Shown: piece after piece, positions 14,601-25,977 of the stretch
Position numbering within the stretch: position 1 is the stretch's first letter
How the letters are laid out: each line of letters starts with the position of its first letter
From: Somniosus microcephalus
Taxonomy: Eukaryota
Direction: 5' to 3'
Assembly: GCA_052327205.1 (NCBI GenBank)
Contig: CM126225.1
Location: 6,634,001 to 6,698,000 of the forward strand
Length of the DNA stretch: 64,000 bases
Program-made: the position numbers and the translations under genes
Notes under the pieces: model-generated
Databases searched by the model: none
The model's input: the letters and a program-made list of their open reading frames with translations, nothing else
What the model was told of the DNA's origin: nothing

Positions 14601-15691
14601 ACGAAGTATTTGCAAAGGCAAAGTTTGTTGCAACAATTCAAAATAATCCAAATCCCAGGGATCAGAAACAAACAGTAGAGCACACAGAAAACTGCTGGTA
14701 AACTCAACAATTGAATAGACAAAGGAGTGTCATTTATAAACACAACACAGATTAACGGTGAATTGCGCATTAATCCGAAACTAAACTTGTAGCAGGATAT
14801 CTGAACCCAGCTGGTTATGGAAACGGGAATTTAAAATAATGAACATAGGTATGTTATATTCAGGTGTTCCCAAACCACCTCAATGAGACGGAAGAAAGAC
14901 GCCAAAATCAACACAAATCAGGCGACATTTGCTCGAATATTTTACTGCTTTAACTACATCGATGTGAGACTGCGGGACCAAAACTCAACGTGAGGGTAAA
15001 TGCTAAACGGGAGGGCCCCGGGAATTATATTACTGCACTAGAATTCTGCAAATCCAATGAAGGCGCTCGACCCCGAGATAAGGCAGGGGGGCTCCGATTT
15101 TCGGAGGGAGCTGTTTTTACATGTGGTTTGATGTCTGCCATTAGCTCGCCTGATGTGTTATTCTTGAACTGGCGTGCAACAACCTTCCGTTTCGATTTAG
15201 TACCATGATGTATAAATAAGGCCGAAAACATTCCGTTCAAGAATCCCGCCATTGCCAGAAGGAGCCTCCGACCACCAGGAAGATGGAAACACTCACCTGT
15301 CAGACTCTTACTGTCTCTTTCGGGGTCCCCCCCACCACCACCAAAAGTCTCATTCGTTGCTTCAGTCCCTCAATGACCATGGGCCGTAGAATCTGTGCTC
15401 GTTCCCTCTCCCCGTTCGTATGCGCGCTGAAGATTTTATAGCACACTGCTCAATATTACTGCTATTAGGGCTGGACGTTGATTGCGCCATCCTGCGCATT
15501 ATGCAGATTGTCCGCCGTTACAGTTTAGCTTTTGAAAAGAACCCTTCGGTTTACTTAGGAGGCTGTTGTATTTATGTGAAGTCTGTGCTGTGCGTAATTA
15601 CCAGCTCGTTTGGCCAGTCGGATTTATGCCAAGAGAGGCTCATTTCAAAATGAATCGTTAACATGGTATTAAAGATCAGTGAAATATAACT

Positions 15692-15705
15692 GTCGCCATG
15701 GCAAC
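15692..15705. promoter_or_regulatory. RFX X-box motif
   Basis: GTCGCCATGGCAAC fits GTNRCC(N0-3)RGYAAC; further GTTGC/GCAAC half-sites follow within ~100 bp. Confidence 0.55.
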
Positions 15706-15971
15706 GGTTGTTGCCTGTTATTGGCGCAACATGGCAAGGTTACAGAACATTGCCGACTGCGTCAGGCTCTGGAGGGGCCATGAGCCAGGCAGCTAGTTGC
15801 TAAATAGATTCACTTTCTGTCGACAGGGGGGGGGGGAACAGCGCCAAGTTTGAACCTCTCTTATGTTTTGTTTGAGCTTTGAGTTTGCTGGGAGCTATTA
15901 ACAGATCGTGAAACTGATCCGTTTGCGGAGCGAAGTTTGGAAGTTTGAGCTGTTAGTGGAATGTGTTTGTC

Positions 15972-16014
15972 TTGACCCCGGGGTCAAAGGTGACCTTGAC
16001 CTGACGGAAGTTCA
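15972..16014. promoter_or_regulatory. Composite nuclear-receptor response element
   Basis: TTGACCCCGGGGTCAAAGGTGACCTTGACCTGACGGAAGTTCA: six RGKTSA-type half-sites in 43 bp. Confidence 0.5.
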
Positions 16015-17414
16015 AAGACAGTGCTCATTAGGCCAGAAGGAGAGAAAAAGACGGCCAGGCACTTAAAGCATCTGCGTTTTCTGGGAAAGAGGCAGAGAGA
16101 AAGAGAGGGGTGATAAAAAAGCGAGAAAGGAAAGAATGAAGGGGAGACAGGGAGATAAAGAAAAGCAAGTCGTAGAGAGGAAGAAGGAGACAGTAAAGAG
16201 GTAAAAGGGGGACAAACAGACACATCCAATGAATCGGGCAGCATCTGTTATGAGAAAGAATGTCGTCATTTTGGGTAAAAATCATTAGGATTTATAAATT
16301 TCTGCTTTAATTAGAAATGTTCAGCCACTGCAGCCTGTTAAAAACTGAAACAGGCAGCGAGGGAGAAAAGGGCGAAGAGATAGACAGACCGAGGCAGAGG
16401 AATGAAGATGGAAAGTGGAAGGCGGAGAAAGGGGTGGAAAAGATGGGAAAGGAAGAGAGAGACTGGGGAGAGAGAGAGAGATAGAGGGAACAGAAGAAGG
16501 AGACAATAACAGATCGGAGAGACAAAAAACAGAACTGCCAGCAAAAGGCTTGTGCCTCTTATCCTATCAGAGCGGTTGTAGAGAAAGAGTCGAAATCTTA
16601 TTTCATCGACACACATGCAGCAACACGAATGGGAGGTGGTGGAGACATGAGCTTATCCGAGAATTGAAACTACAAATGATAGTCAAAGAGCGAGCGATCG
16701 AAAAATCGAGCCAAAGAAGAAATGAAGAAATGACAGGATAGACCGTAGAAAATGTGTCTTAATTTTAAAAAAAACCCTCAGTGTAAACAGTCGGACCCAT
16801 TCCCTCACTGTGAGATGCACATCTGGACAAACAGCCTGAATATTTTTCACCAGATAAAGTCCTGGCCTCTCCTAGTTCTACTGTATGTATGCAGGAAGTT
16901 GAAAATAACGAATTGGTCCCCGGCCCGTACGGAAAGCAAGTCTGGCTTTAAACATTGTGCAGGTTGTGTCACGGGCTCAACATGGCCGCTCGGGTTCCTG
17001 TGCTGGGACTACATAAATACAGGTCCCCCACCCTCGAGTGAGATTGTGACTGCTTGGCCTTTGTCCATTCAGTAAGTTTTAATTAAAAGAATAAATAAGA
17101 TAAATGCAAATATCCGTTAAACTCAACAAGGCGAGAGAGAGAGAGAAGTCTTGTTCTACCCGATATACACCAACGTCACAATTCGCGTCATGATTTCAAG
17201 TTGGTATTTGTTTTTTTCTCTCCATTTTTTGATTTCAGTCGAACTTCTCTTCCGTTAGAGACAGAGTGCTGGATCTACAGGCAGAGAGGTAAAAGGACAG
17301 AGTGCGGCGGAGAAATAAACACAGACAGGCACAGAGAGGGGCAAAGAGACACACAGAGGGAGAGAGAGAGACAGAGAATGCGACAGGGAATCTATCAGAA
17401 TGTAGGCGATGAAT

Positions 17415-17725
17415 GTGGGCACATGCTGGATCCGTACTGGGTACAAATTGGGTACATGTTAGGTGCACAGCATAGAAATGCTGAGTACATGCGGAATACA
17501 TGGTGGAGACGTGGTGAGAACAGGCTAGGTATATACCATGTATATGCTGGATACGTGCTGGATCCTGTTAGCTCAATATTAGGTACATAATGGAAACATG
17601 TTAGGGGCATGGAGGTTGCATACTGGCTACATGCTTAGTACATGTTGGATACATGCTCGAAATATCATGTATATATGTTAGGTACAACTTTGCACATATT
17701 GGGTACATGTAATTGCCTGCATGGT
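17415..17725. repeat. Degenerate ~11-bp tandem repeat (GGRTACATGYT)
   Basis: Recurring ggatacatgct/ggtacatgtt units. Confidence 0.75.
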
Positions 17726-18675
17726 GTTTCCACATGTACGTTGATGGCACCAGCTCTACCTCACCACCACCTCTCCCCACCCCTCCACTCTCTTTAAATT
17801 GTCAGACTGCTGACATCCAGTACTGGATGAGCAGAAATTTTCTCCAACTAAATATCGGGAAGACTGACGCCATTGTCTTTGGTCCCTGCTGCAAACTCCA
17901 TTCCCTAGCCACCAACTCCATCCCTCTCCCTAGCATATGTCTGAGGTGGAACCAGTCTGTTCACAACCTTGGTGTCATATTGGAGCCAAGATGAGCTTCC
18001 GTCCACATATCCCTGTCATCACAACGGCCGCCTACTTCCACCTCCATAACATCGCCCGTCTCCACCCTTGCCTCAGCTCATCTGCTGCTGAAACCCTCAT
18101 CCATGCCTTTGTTACCTCCAGACTGGACTATTCCAACGCACTCCTGGCTGGCCTCCCACATTCTACCTACATAAACTTGAGGTCATCCAAAACTCGGCTG
18201 CCCGTGTCCTAACTCGCACCAAGTCCCATTCACCCATCACCCCTGTGCTCGCTGACCTACATTGGCCCCTGGTTAAGCAGCGCCTGGATTTCAAAATTCT
18301 CATCCTTGTTTTCAAATCCCTCCATGGCCTCGCCTCTCCCTATATCTGTAATCTCCTCCAGCCCGACAACCTCCTGAGGTCTCTGCGCTCCTCCAATTCT
18401 GCCCTCTTGCCCAACCCTGATTTTAATTGCTCCACCATTGGTGGCCGTACCTTCAGCTGCCTGGGCCCTGAGCTCTGGAATTCCCTCCCTAAACCTCTCC
18501 ACCTCTCTCTCCTCCTTTAAGACGCTCCTTAAAACTACTCTGACCAAGCTTTTGGTCATCTACCCTACTCCTCATGTGGTTCGGTGTCAAATTTTGTTTG
18601 ATAACACTCCTGTGAAGCACCTTGGGACGTTTTACTACGTTAAAGGCGCTATATAAATACAAGTTGTTGTTGTTG
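17726..18675 (+). mobile_element. L2-clade LINE, 5'-truncated
   Basis: FHMYVD (YADD-like), NFLQLNIGKT, LIHAFVTSRLDYSNALLAGLP, LHWP..RLDFKIL; tail AAAGGCGCTATATAAAT plus (GTT)n. Confidence 0.9.
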
Positions 18676-19119
18676 CATGCTGAGTATGTCTGGCTCAGGA
18701 TAAGCGCAGAAGTACTTTGCTAAATTCTAAACTGTTTCGATAGTGATTTGCTTCGCTTGGATCGGGGGTGGGGAGCACATGATTTGGCCAGTTTGTACCT
18801 CACTTAATAAACGGGTTCTCTTTAATAATTCGAAGCATTATTTTTGCTTTTAATAGAATGCAAAATCTATGAAATCGCGTCGACCCTTAAGTGGAATTAA
18901 ATACTAACAGGGTTGCCATTCTGGGTTCTGGACAGATAAAACCGGCCTGTCAATTCTGGGAGACTCAGTTTGAAGGATGTATTTTGTGAGAATGACGTGT
19001 GATGATCGGGCGCATATTGTTCCAGTGTGCTGTAAACTACCAACTACATTGGAGGAAAATAATTGTCGATATTGTTGATATTGCCATGTCTTAATTTACT
19101 TGAGTACCAATTCTCTAAC

Positions 19120-19586
19120 ATTCTCGGACTTCAAGGGTTAAGTTACGAGGAGAGATTACACTAATTAGGGTTGTATTCCCTTGAATTTAGATGGTCGAGG
19201 GTGATCTGATCGAAGTTTTCAGGATATTAAGGGGAACAGATAGGGTAGATAGAGAGAAACTATTTCCGCTGGTTGGTGATTCTAGGACCAGGGGGCAGAG
19301 TCTAAAAATTAGAGCCAGACCTTTCAGGAGTGAAGTTAGGAAACACTTCTACACACAAAGGGTGGTAGAAGTTTGGAACTTTCTTCTGCAAACGGCAATT
19401 AATGCTGGATCAATTGTTAATTTTAAATCTGAGATTGATAGATTTTTGTTAACCACAGATATTAAGGGATATGGGGCAAAGGTGGGTATATGGAGTTAGG
19501 TCACAGATCAGCCATGATCTCATTGAACGGTGGAGCAGATTCGAGGGGCTGAATGGCCTCCTCCTGTTCCTATGTTCCTATGTTCT
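19120..19586 (+). mobile_element. CR1-clade LINE 3' fragment
   Basis: GDLIEVFRILRG..RTRG..RKHFYTQRVVEVWN; tail (TTCCTATG)n. Confidence 0.9.
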
Positions 19587-21387
19587 CTGGCCCACAGCTT
19601 CGTGGCGCTTGCTTAACAAGGCGGAGGCATCGTGGGGCTCGGAACTCGATCTGTACGAAACATTCAAAGCAGTAAAGATAATCGAGGCTGGGTTCAACCC
19701 GAATTCTTACATCGTGTGTACCGGTCCCGGGGGGCAGCCAGATCCGGGTTCGGTCAGACCAGGCCTGGATTACCGAGGCTAGCCTTTCCTTCAATGTCTG
19801 TCACACAAAGGAATTAATTTGTGTCTTTTAATCAGATTTCACACCTCCCCTTGGCATCCCAAACTCTGGCTGTTTTGCGAGGGGTGTTGTCATCGCCGTT
19901 TATTGCGGGGCTGTGATTCTGGTTTCAGTCTGAACTTTATCTTGATTGTTAGGCAATTAAAAAATACTTTTTATAAAAAAGCATAAAACTGCGAAATGGT
20001 AAAGGGAAATATTTCTGCTGCAGGGATTTACAGCTAAGAACATGTATTTATCAGGAACGAATATAGTATTGCGAAAATCTGCATGATGATTTAATTTAGA
20101 TCAATGGATCAGAAACACTCACTGAAACAGCATCAAAGGTTGAGATATTTTAATTTTTAGTGGAAATATTCAGGCAAGCCCTTTTTAGAAAACTGAATTA
20201 GCAAGCATTGTAGATTGAACATGCTAACAAGTTATTGCAGAAAACTTGCAACTGAATAGTTAACATTATTATACCTGCATTGCTAATTATTACATATTAT
20301 TCCGAAATAAGGGTTCTGAAGGCGCCACCGCGCTGAATCCACAAGGCTGTTTTCATAATGGAAATCTATCTTACTAGATAAATTATAACAGAAAATAATT
20401 CTAAGGCAAAGATTAATAATTAAGAAACTGCTCGCTTGAAATATCTGTTGACAGCGATCTGTGAGACTGTGAATCATTTCAGGTCCTTGGCTCCCCATCA
20501 GTTGGGCCGGGAGGTACTGGCACATTCCTCTTCTTGATGTAATAATCTGTTTGTGTCACTCGGTGTACCCGTTGTGCCCTGTTTTTATGACTGAAACCAA
20601 GCATAATAAAGATGTTAATGTGAAAAATGTGATTAAAACGCCAGCAACTCCATGAATGTTTAACCGGAAAGTGCACAAAGAACTTTATATGACCTTACAT
20701 GGCTTGTTGCCCGCCTCCATCTTTTAACTAAATGGGCACCATTTCAGCTTAGTAGGGCGAATCATCGACAGGTAGAGAGAATCGTATATGTACCCTCAAG
20801 AAATTAAAATAATCTTTAAATTAAAAATGTAATACATTGATCCGTGGATTTATAACATTTAAAACAAAACCCTATTAGGCGTCATTTATTGCTGAGAGGC
20901 TTTGCATGCAGGTAATCCATTTGGCTGCCCTGGAGCCGGAACCTGAGCCTTACCTGTTCATTCCTTGATGTACCTATATGTCTAGGTGTAATTAATTATC
21001 ACCACCAGATACATTTTTCAACATATGATGCATAATTTGTCAACGATTCCGAGATGTTACATGTACAGCAGACCCCTGTTTGCTGCATTACGGCGGGATT
21101 CAGATATGTTTCTCAGGGCGAGACTGACTTAAAATAACTGAAGATACCATTATTAAGTGTATCATCACTGACTGCGCTCTTGCTTATAACTTCATTGCTA
21201 CTAATCCAGTAGGTAGTGATTTGCGTCTCAGGACGTCAATGTGAATTAGGTGATATCACGATTGCCTAATGCATGCACACTTAGTCTGTTCTGTTCATTT
21301 AAAAAAGATGTGCTTTTGGAACTTGCAGCTTTGATAATGTGTTCCCGCAAGTATTCTTAAAGCTTTATCAGTATTGTCCTTGAACTA

Positions 21388-23012
21388 GAATTACATCGAA
21401 TCTACAGCACAAAAACAAGCCATTTGGCACAAATGGTCCATGTAGGTGGTTACGCTCCACACGAGCCTCCTCCAACTCTAACCATCTCTTCCCACCCTGC
21501 CCCCATACCTCTCCCCTATTCCCTTCTCCCTCATGTATGCATCTGCCCTTAAATTCATCAATACTACCTGGTTCAACCATTCCATGTGGCAGCGAGTTCC
21601 ACATTCTCACCACTCTCTGCGTAAAGATATTCCTCCTAAATTCTTTATTTGATCTATTAATGGCTATCTTGTATTTATGCCCCCTTAACTCACTGGTATA
21701 AACGGTTTCTCCACCCTATTGAACCCTTTCATAATTTTCGAGACCTCTATCTGGTCTCCTCTTATATATATAAATAAATGATTTTGACTCAAAATTTGGA
21801 GGTACAGTGTCGACACTCTCAAATGATTGCAAATTGGGGCTACAGCTAATAATGGGTTAAAGCCATTCTCGTTTCCAGAGAAAAGAGACCCAGGCTGCTT
21901 AATCTTACCTGGTAGTTGCATACCCTCAATTTTAGTAACATCCTTGTAAATCTTTTTTCCACTTTCTCCAGTTATTATTATTTTGGTAGTATGCAAGTCA
22001 GATCTGCACATTCAAAGTTTAGTCTAGCCAAGGTTCTAAATAGATGTAATATGATCTCCCTGCTTTGTATTTTATTCCTCTACAAATCCACCCCAATCTT
22101 TATGGTGCTAGCAACTTGTATTGCTACTTTTAGTGATGTATGTAACTATATTCCCAAATCTCTTTACCAATCTACCCCATGTAGTTCCTTAACTTCCAAG
22201 GAATAGGTGGCCTCCTTATTCCTCCTACAAAAACGAACCACCTCACACTTCGCTATATTGAATTTTAATTGCTGTTTATCCACTTACTGTGCAAGCCTGT
22301 TTATGTCTTCCTTTATTTTGGTGCAGCCTTGCACATTATTAACAATAGCCCCCAATTTGGAATCATCTGAGAGTGTCGACACTGTAACCCCAACTACTGA
22401 GTCAAAATCATTTATATATATGGTGAAAAACAGTTGTCCCAGCACAGATTGTTGTAGGACACCACTTCCTACTTTCTGCTAGTCTGAGAAAGTTTATTTA
22501 ACTCCTACCCTCTGTTTTCCATTTTGCAGACATCTTTCAGTCCATTCTGCTGCCTGGCTCCTGATTCCACACAGCCTGACACCTTCTCAAAAGCCTTCTG
22601 AAAGCCCGAGTATACCGCATCCACTTCATCGCCCTTGTCTATTCTTTCTGTTATTTTTCCAAAGAATTCAATAAGGGTTGGTTAAACACGACCCTCCTTC
22701 TAGAAATCAATGCTGACTATTTTTCATTATATTCTCGTATTTGATTCTAGTATTATTCCTACTACTTACGTTAAGCTAACCAGTCTATAGTTCCCTGGAT
22801 TAGTTATATCTCCCTTTTTGCAGATAAGAATTACATTTGTTGCACGCCATTCTATTGGCACTGTTCCTTTTCTATTGATTTAAAAAAAAAATATATATAT
22901 AAGTAGCTCTGCTATCTTCTCCTATCTACCTAGTTTATTTGAGTATCTGTGGGTGCAATCCATCTGGACCCGGGGTCTTGCCCTCCTTAAGTTTGTCTAG
23001 TTTGTCTATTAT
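21388..23012 (-). mobile_element. Degenerate CR1 LINE fragments (RT and 3' end)
   Basis: MVRMWNSLP; reverse-complement NYRLVSL, DFQKAF and xDDSKLG remnants. Confidence 0.8.
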
Positions 23013-24747
23013 CTCCTTTCTCGCCAATTTAACTGTTGTAATAACATTGACTTTTGCTGAACTGCCATTGCACGATAGACCTGTGCTTTGGAGTATTTTG
23101 TAAAATATGTACGGCCTCTACTCTCAGACAATTGTGTTTGATTATGAATAACACAAAGTGCAACCACTTGCAATAGTTGTACAAAACTCGACATGGAGCC
23201 ACATGGGCAAGCGCTTGCCCATAAAAATATTGCAACTCTCCAAACCCTGTAAAGTTAATTTCAGAGAGATTGCGAGATGGCGGAGCGGGAGTCGAGTTTT
23301 ATCTATAAGTTCCCAATTCTGGTAAACATTTAGTTGCGTCAAATTAGTTTAGAACTTTTCACTGATAACTATATTTTAAAAATGGTAAAAGATGCTATGA
23401 AACTGAACAGTTTAAAAGCAAAGTTCTTAACAATTGTTAGTTAGAAATATCTTCAAACCTTCACTTTTATCAAAAGGATGAAGAGCAGATAGAATTGTTC
23501 TTGCCCAGTGGGTTTATCTTGTGCCGACGCTGTACATGTTTCCATTATGTCCTGGAACTCAAATGAAAGATTTTGTTTATCAAACAATTAAGATTTGAAG
23601 TTAGCACGTAATTTGGGATGTAATTTGGGATGTAATGTAAAGTATTTCTTAGCGCAATATTTTTCCCTAAGGATTGCATGCAACAATGCATATTACTAAA
23701 TGAATCTTCCTTCATTTTTCAGTACTCCCATATTTTGAGAACTAAGATATTCAATTCTACAACCCAGCATTCTCACCAAACCCATTTTCTGCTAACATTG
23801 ATGGGTTTTATATTCTTGTTATCCTGTGACAAGAACACCGTGCTTAGATTGAAATGAGGATTACATTAATTGAAATGGTTTAAATCTCGACTGACAATGT
23901 ATTAAGTGACATTTAAACATTGCTGCACACGATTTAATGGAGAAAGCGAGGATCATTGTGTCATGCTAACTTGTTTTAGTCAAATAAATACTGAAAGGGA
24001 CCAATGTAATATATGGCGTCCGTTGTAAATATGCAATATCAGGAAGGTGCAGCAATCGTTATAAATGTCTACGCTTCTGTGTATCTTTTCTTTATAGTCT
24101 AAATGATGTTTAAAGCGCGCCATGGGCACTTAAATCGGTTGTATTGAAAATTAAAGCTTGAAGGTCCTTTCAGCGATAAAGAGAAAATTATAAACTCTGC
24201 ACACTTTCTGCCAAAGGCTGGTGTTGCACTGTGCGTTTGCAAAGCTAGTTCTGGTCTGTAATACAAATTCACCTACAATATTCATCTTTGAGGGTCAGTT
24301 TATTTATACTGGCGAGACATTTCGATGTTATATGCAAGTTTAATGTGGATTTCGAAGGGATGGCGAGTGCCTTCATCCCTCGGATTGTATGTTGCCCTCA
24401 ATTTAATGGATTTTAAAACTCGAGTGAATAACTGCAGTTGGATTTGCAGGGCCAGCGCTTAAAGTTACTAGGAACCAAACGGCCTTCGACATCTGGTCTC
24501 ATCTGGAAGCCGAGCTGATTTTTCCAAGTTAAAAACTCAGCTCCACAAGTGAAGAATTTAGCACCAGCATAAATGCTAATGAAAACCCAGTAAAATGTGT
24601 CCCAGAATAAGAGCGGTGGCCACTTTAAGGGGTCGGGTATACAACAGCCCGATAGAGTCGGGGTCTCTAGTGAAGTGTGTTCGATTCTATTGACATTAAG
24701 TGAAATGCAACATTTTTTTTCCAGTCCGAAACTGAATTTGTCTACCG

Positions 24748-24945
24748 CTTTTTTTCACTCACCAAACAATGATAAGAATTTCGCCCTAACGCGCCAGATA
24801 AACTTCAGATTCCTGGATTAAAAGCTATTGGCCTTTTCTTTGTTTGTGTGGAGTTGGAAGCTCTCTCTCGCTCTCTAGCACCAAATTTGATGTTTGCTAC
24901 AAGAGGCACCCCTGCCTCTGTCTCTTTTTTTCTTCAGCCAGTTGT
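24748..24945 (-). pseudogene. Hox11-like pseudogene, homeobox (exon 2) remnant; candidate psi-HoxB11
   Basis: After acceptor-like CTAACAG (AG 24947-24946): AGA AAA AAA (g) AGA [RKKR] .. TGC c(t)CT TGT AGC AAA CAT CAA ATT TGG .. CTA GAG .. GAG AGA GAG .. TTC .. AAC .. AAC AAA GAA AAG [NKEK] .. TCC AGG AAT CTG AAG .. CGT TAG .. GCG AAA TTC .. GAA AAA AAG [EKK]. Collinear with the Hox11 homeodomain, with frameshifts and stops. Confidence 0.75.
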
Positions 24946-25344
24946 CTGTTAGCACATAAAATTTGCACAGACAGGCAATAAAGTGTCTGGCTGCTGTGTA
25001 CGCTCCCTATACAACGGCTTGGGGAAAAAACCCGCTGATTTTAAAGGCTGCCACAGCACAACCGTGGGATTGATATTTTAGCTTCTACCCGCATTAGAAT
25101 GTATAGTCTCTATATATTTTTGGAAATGCTGACATTTTTTTTTCGTTGGTGGATAGAGATTTTAGAAGAACTCTAAAAACAATCAACACCACTGTGAAAA
25201 CAAATCTGTAAATTGTACTTGATCGTGGATGTTTGGTGTGAAGTTTTCAAAGTTTAAAGCACCATTAATTAATTTTAATTGTAAATATTCTGCATGGGTA
25301 AAAATCCAGGGTTTTAAAATACAGGATGGATTGGGAAAAAAAAT

Positions 25345-25941
25345 CAGTGTCTTGTTGGAATTTCGTTGCCTCTGCTCGCGCTCTGGGCTTTTTATGACCG
25401 TATCTGGGGCGACTGGCTGCAACTGAGTGAACTTCTCTTGTTATTCCTGTCGCGAAATTGTTTTCCCTCCTGCAGTTTCTAACCTTGAAACGGTTCCAGT
25501 CCTAAACTCTATTCCCTGGACGCATTCCCCTGTGGAACTTGTCGCTCATTCTAGAGCGGATGTTAATTCGAGTGATTGTTTAACGTGTTGAATATTCGAA
25601 TAAGAATCTAATTCTATTGACTGGTTTCTTGTTTGCTGCTGGCATGTTGTTGGCGAACCTTATAGAAACCAGTTTAATTTTTTGGGGGGTGGGGGCAAGG
25701 TTTAATTAATTAACACATAAAGCTGCATCGCCAACATACATAGACAAGCAGCACCTATTAAAAACGGCACCATCTAAAGTCAGAAAGATCTGTCTATTGC
25801 AGTGCAGGCGTCTCAGTACTTCACGAAATCCCAGGTTAGACCCGCCTTTGGACAAAATTGACATTCTTAAAATTCACACGCAATTGCTCTTCATATATGT
25901 ACCTAAGGGTAAATAAATTACCTCCTCTCGTCTTTCAACAT
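25345..25941 (-). pseudogene. Hox11-like pseudogene, exon 1 remnant; candidate psi-HoxB11
   Basis: CACC ATG TTG AAA GAC GAG AGG (MxxDER), YLPxGTY, SILSK, SNL, REV, AID, KFHRGMRPGNRV* (cf. NFYSTVGRNGVL) and LETAGG (cf. FETAYG), in Hox11 order with broadly similar spacing; donor not located. Confidence 0.7.
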
Positions 25942-25965
25942 GGTGAACCACATGGCGTACGATGT

Positions 25966-25977
25966 GATCACGTGATC
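25966..25977. promoter_or_regulatory. Palindromic E-box GATCACGTGATC just upstream of the psi-Hox11 ATG
   Basis: Perfect 12-bp palindrome with a CACGTG core (USF/TFE class), 25 bp from the relic ATG. Confidence 0.45.

Noticed and set aside
16040-16520. Purine-rich tract with several overlapping ORFs (similar pyrimidine tract at ~59000-59280)
   Set aside because: Low complexity, no protein similarity and no clear mirror symmetry.
24690-24756. AAAAAGCGG..AAATTCAG..CTGGAA read as the start of a homeobox
   Set aside because: A much better collinear alignment places this EKK at the end of the relic homeobox starting at 24945.
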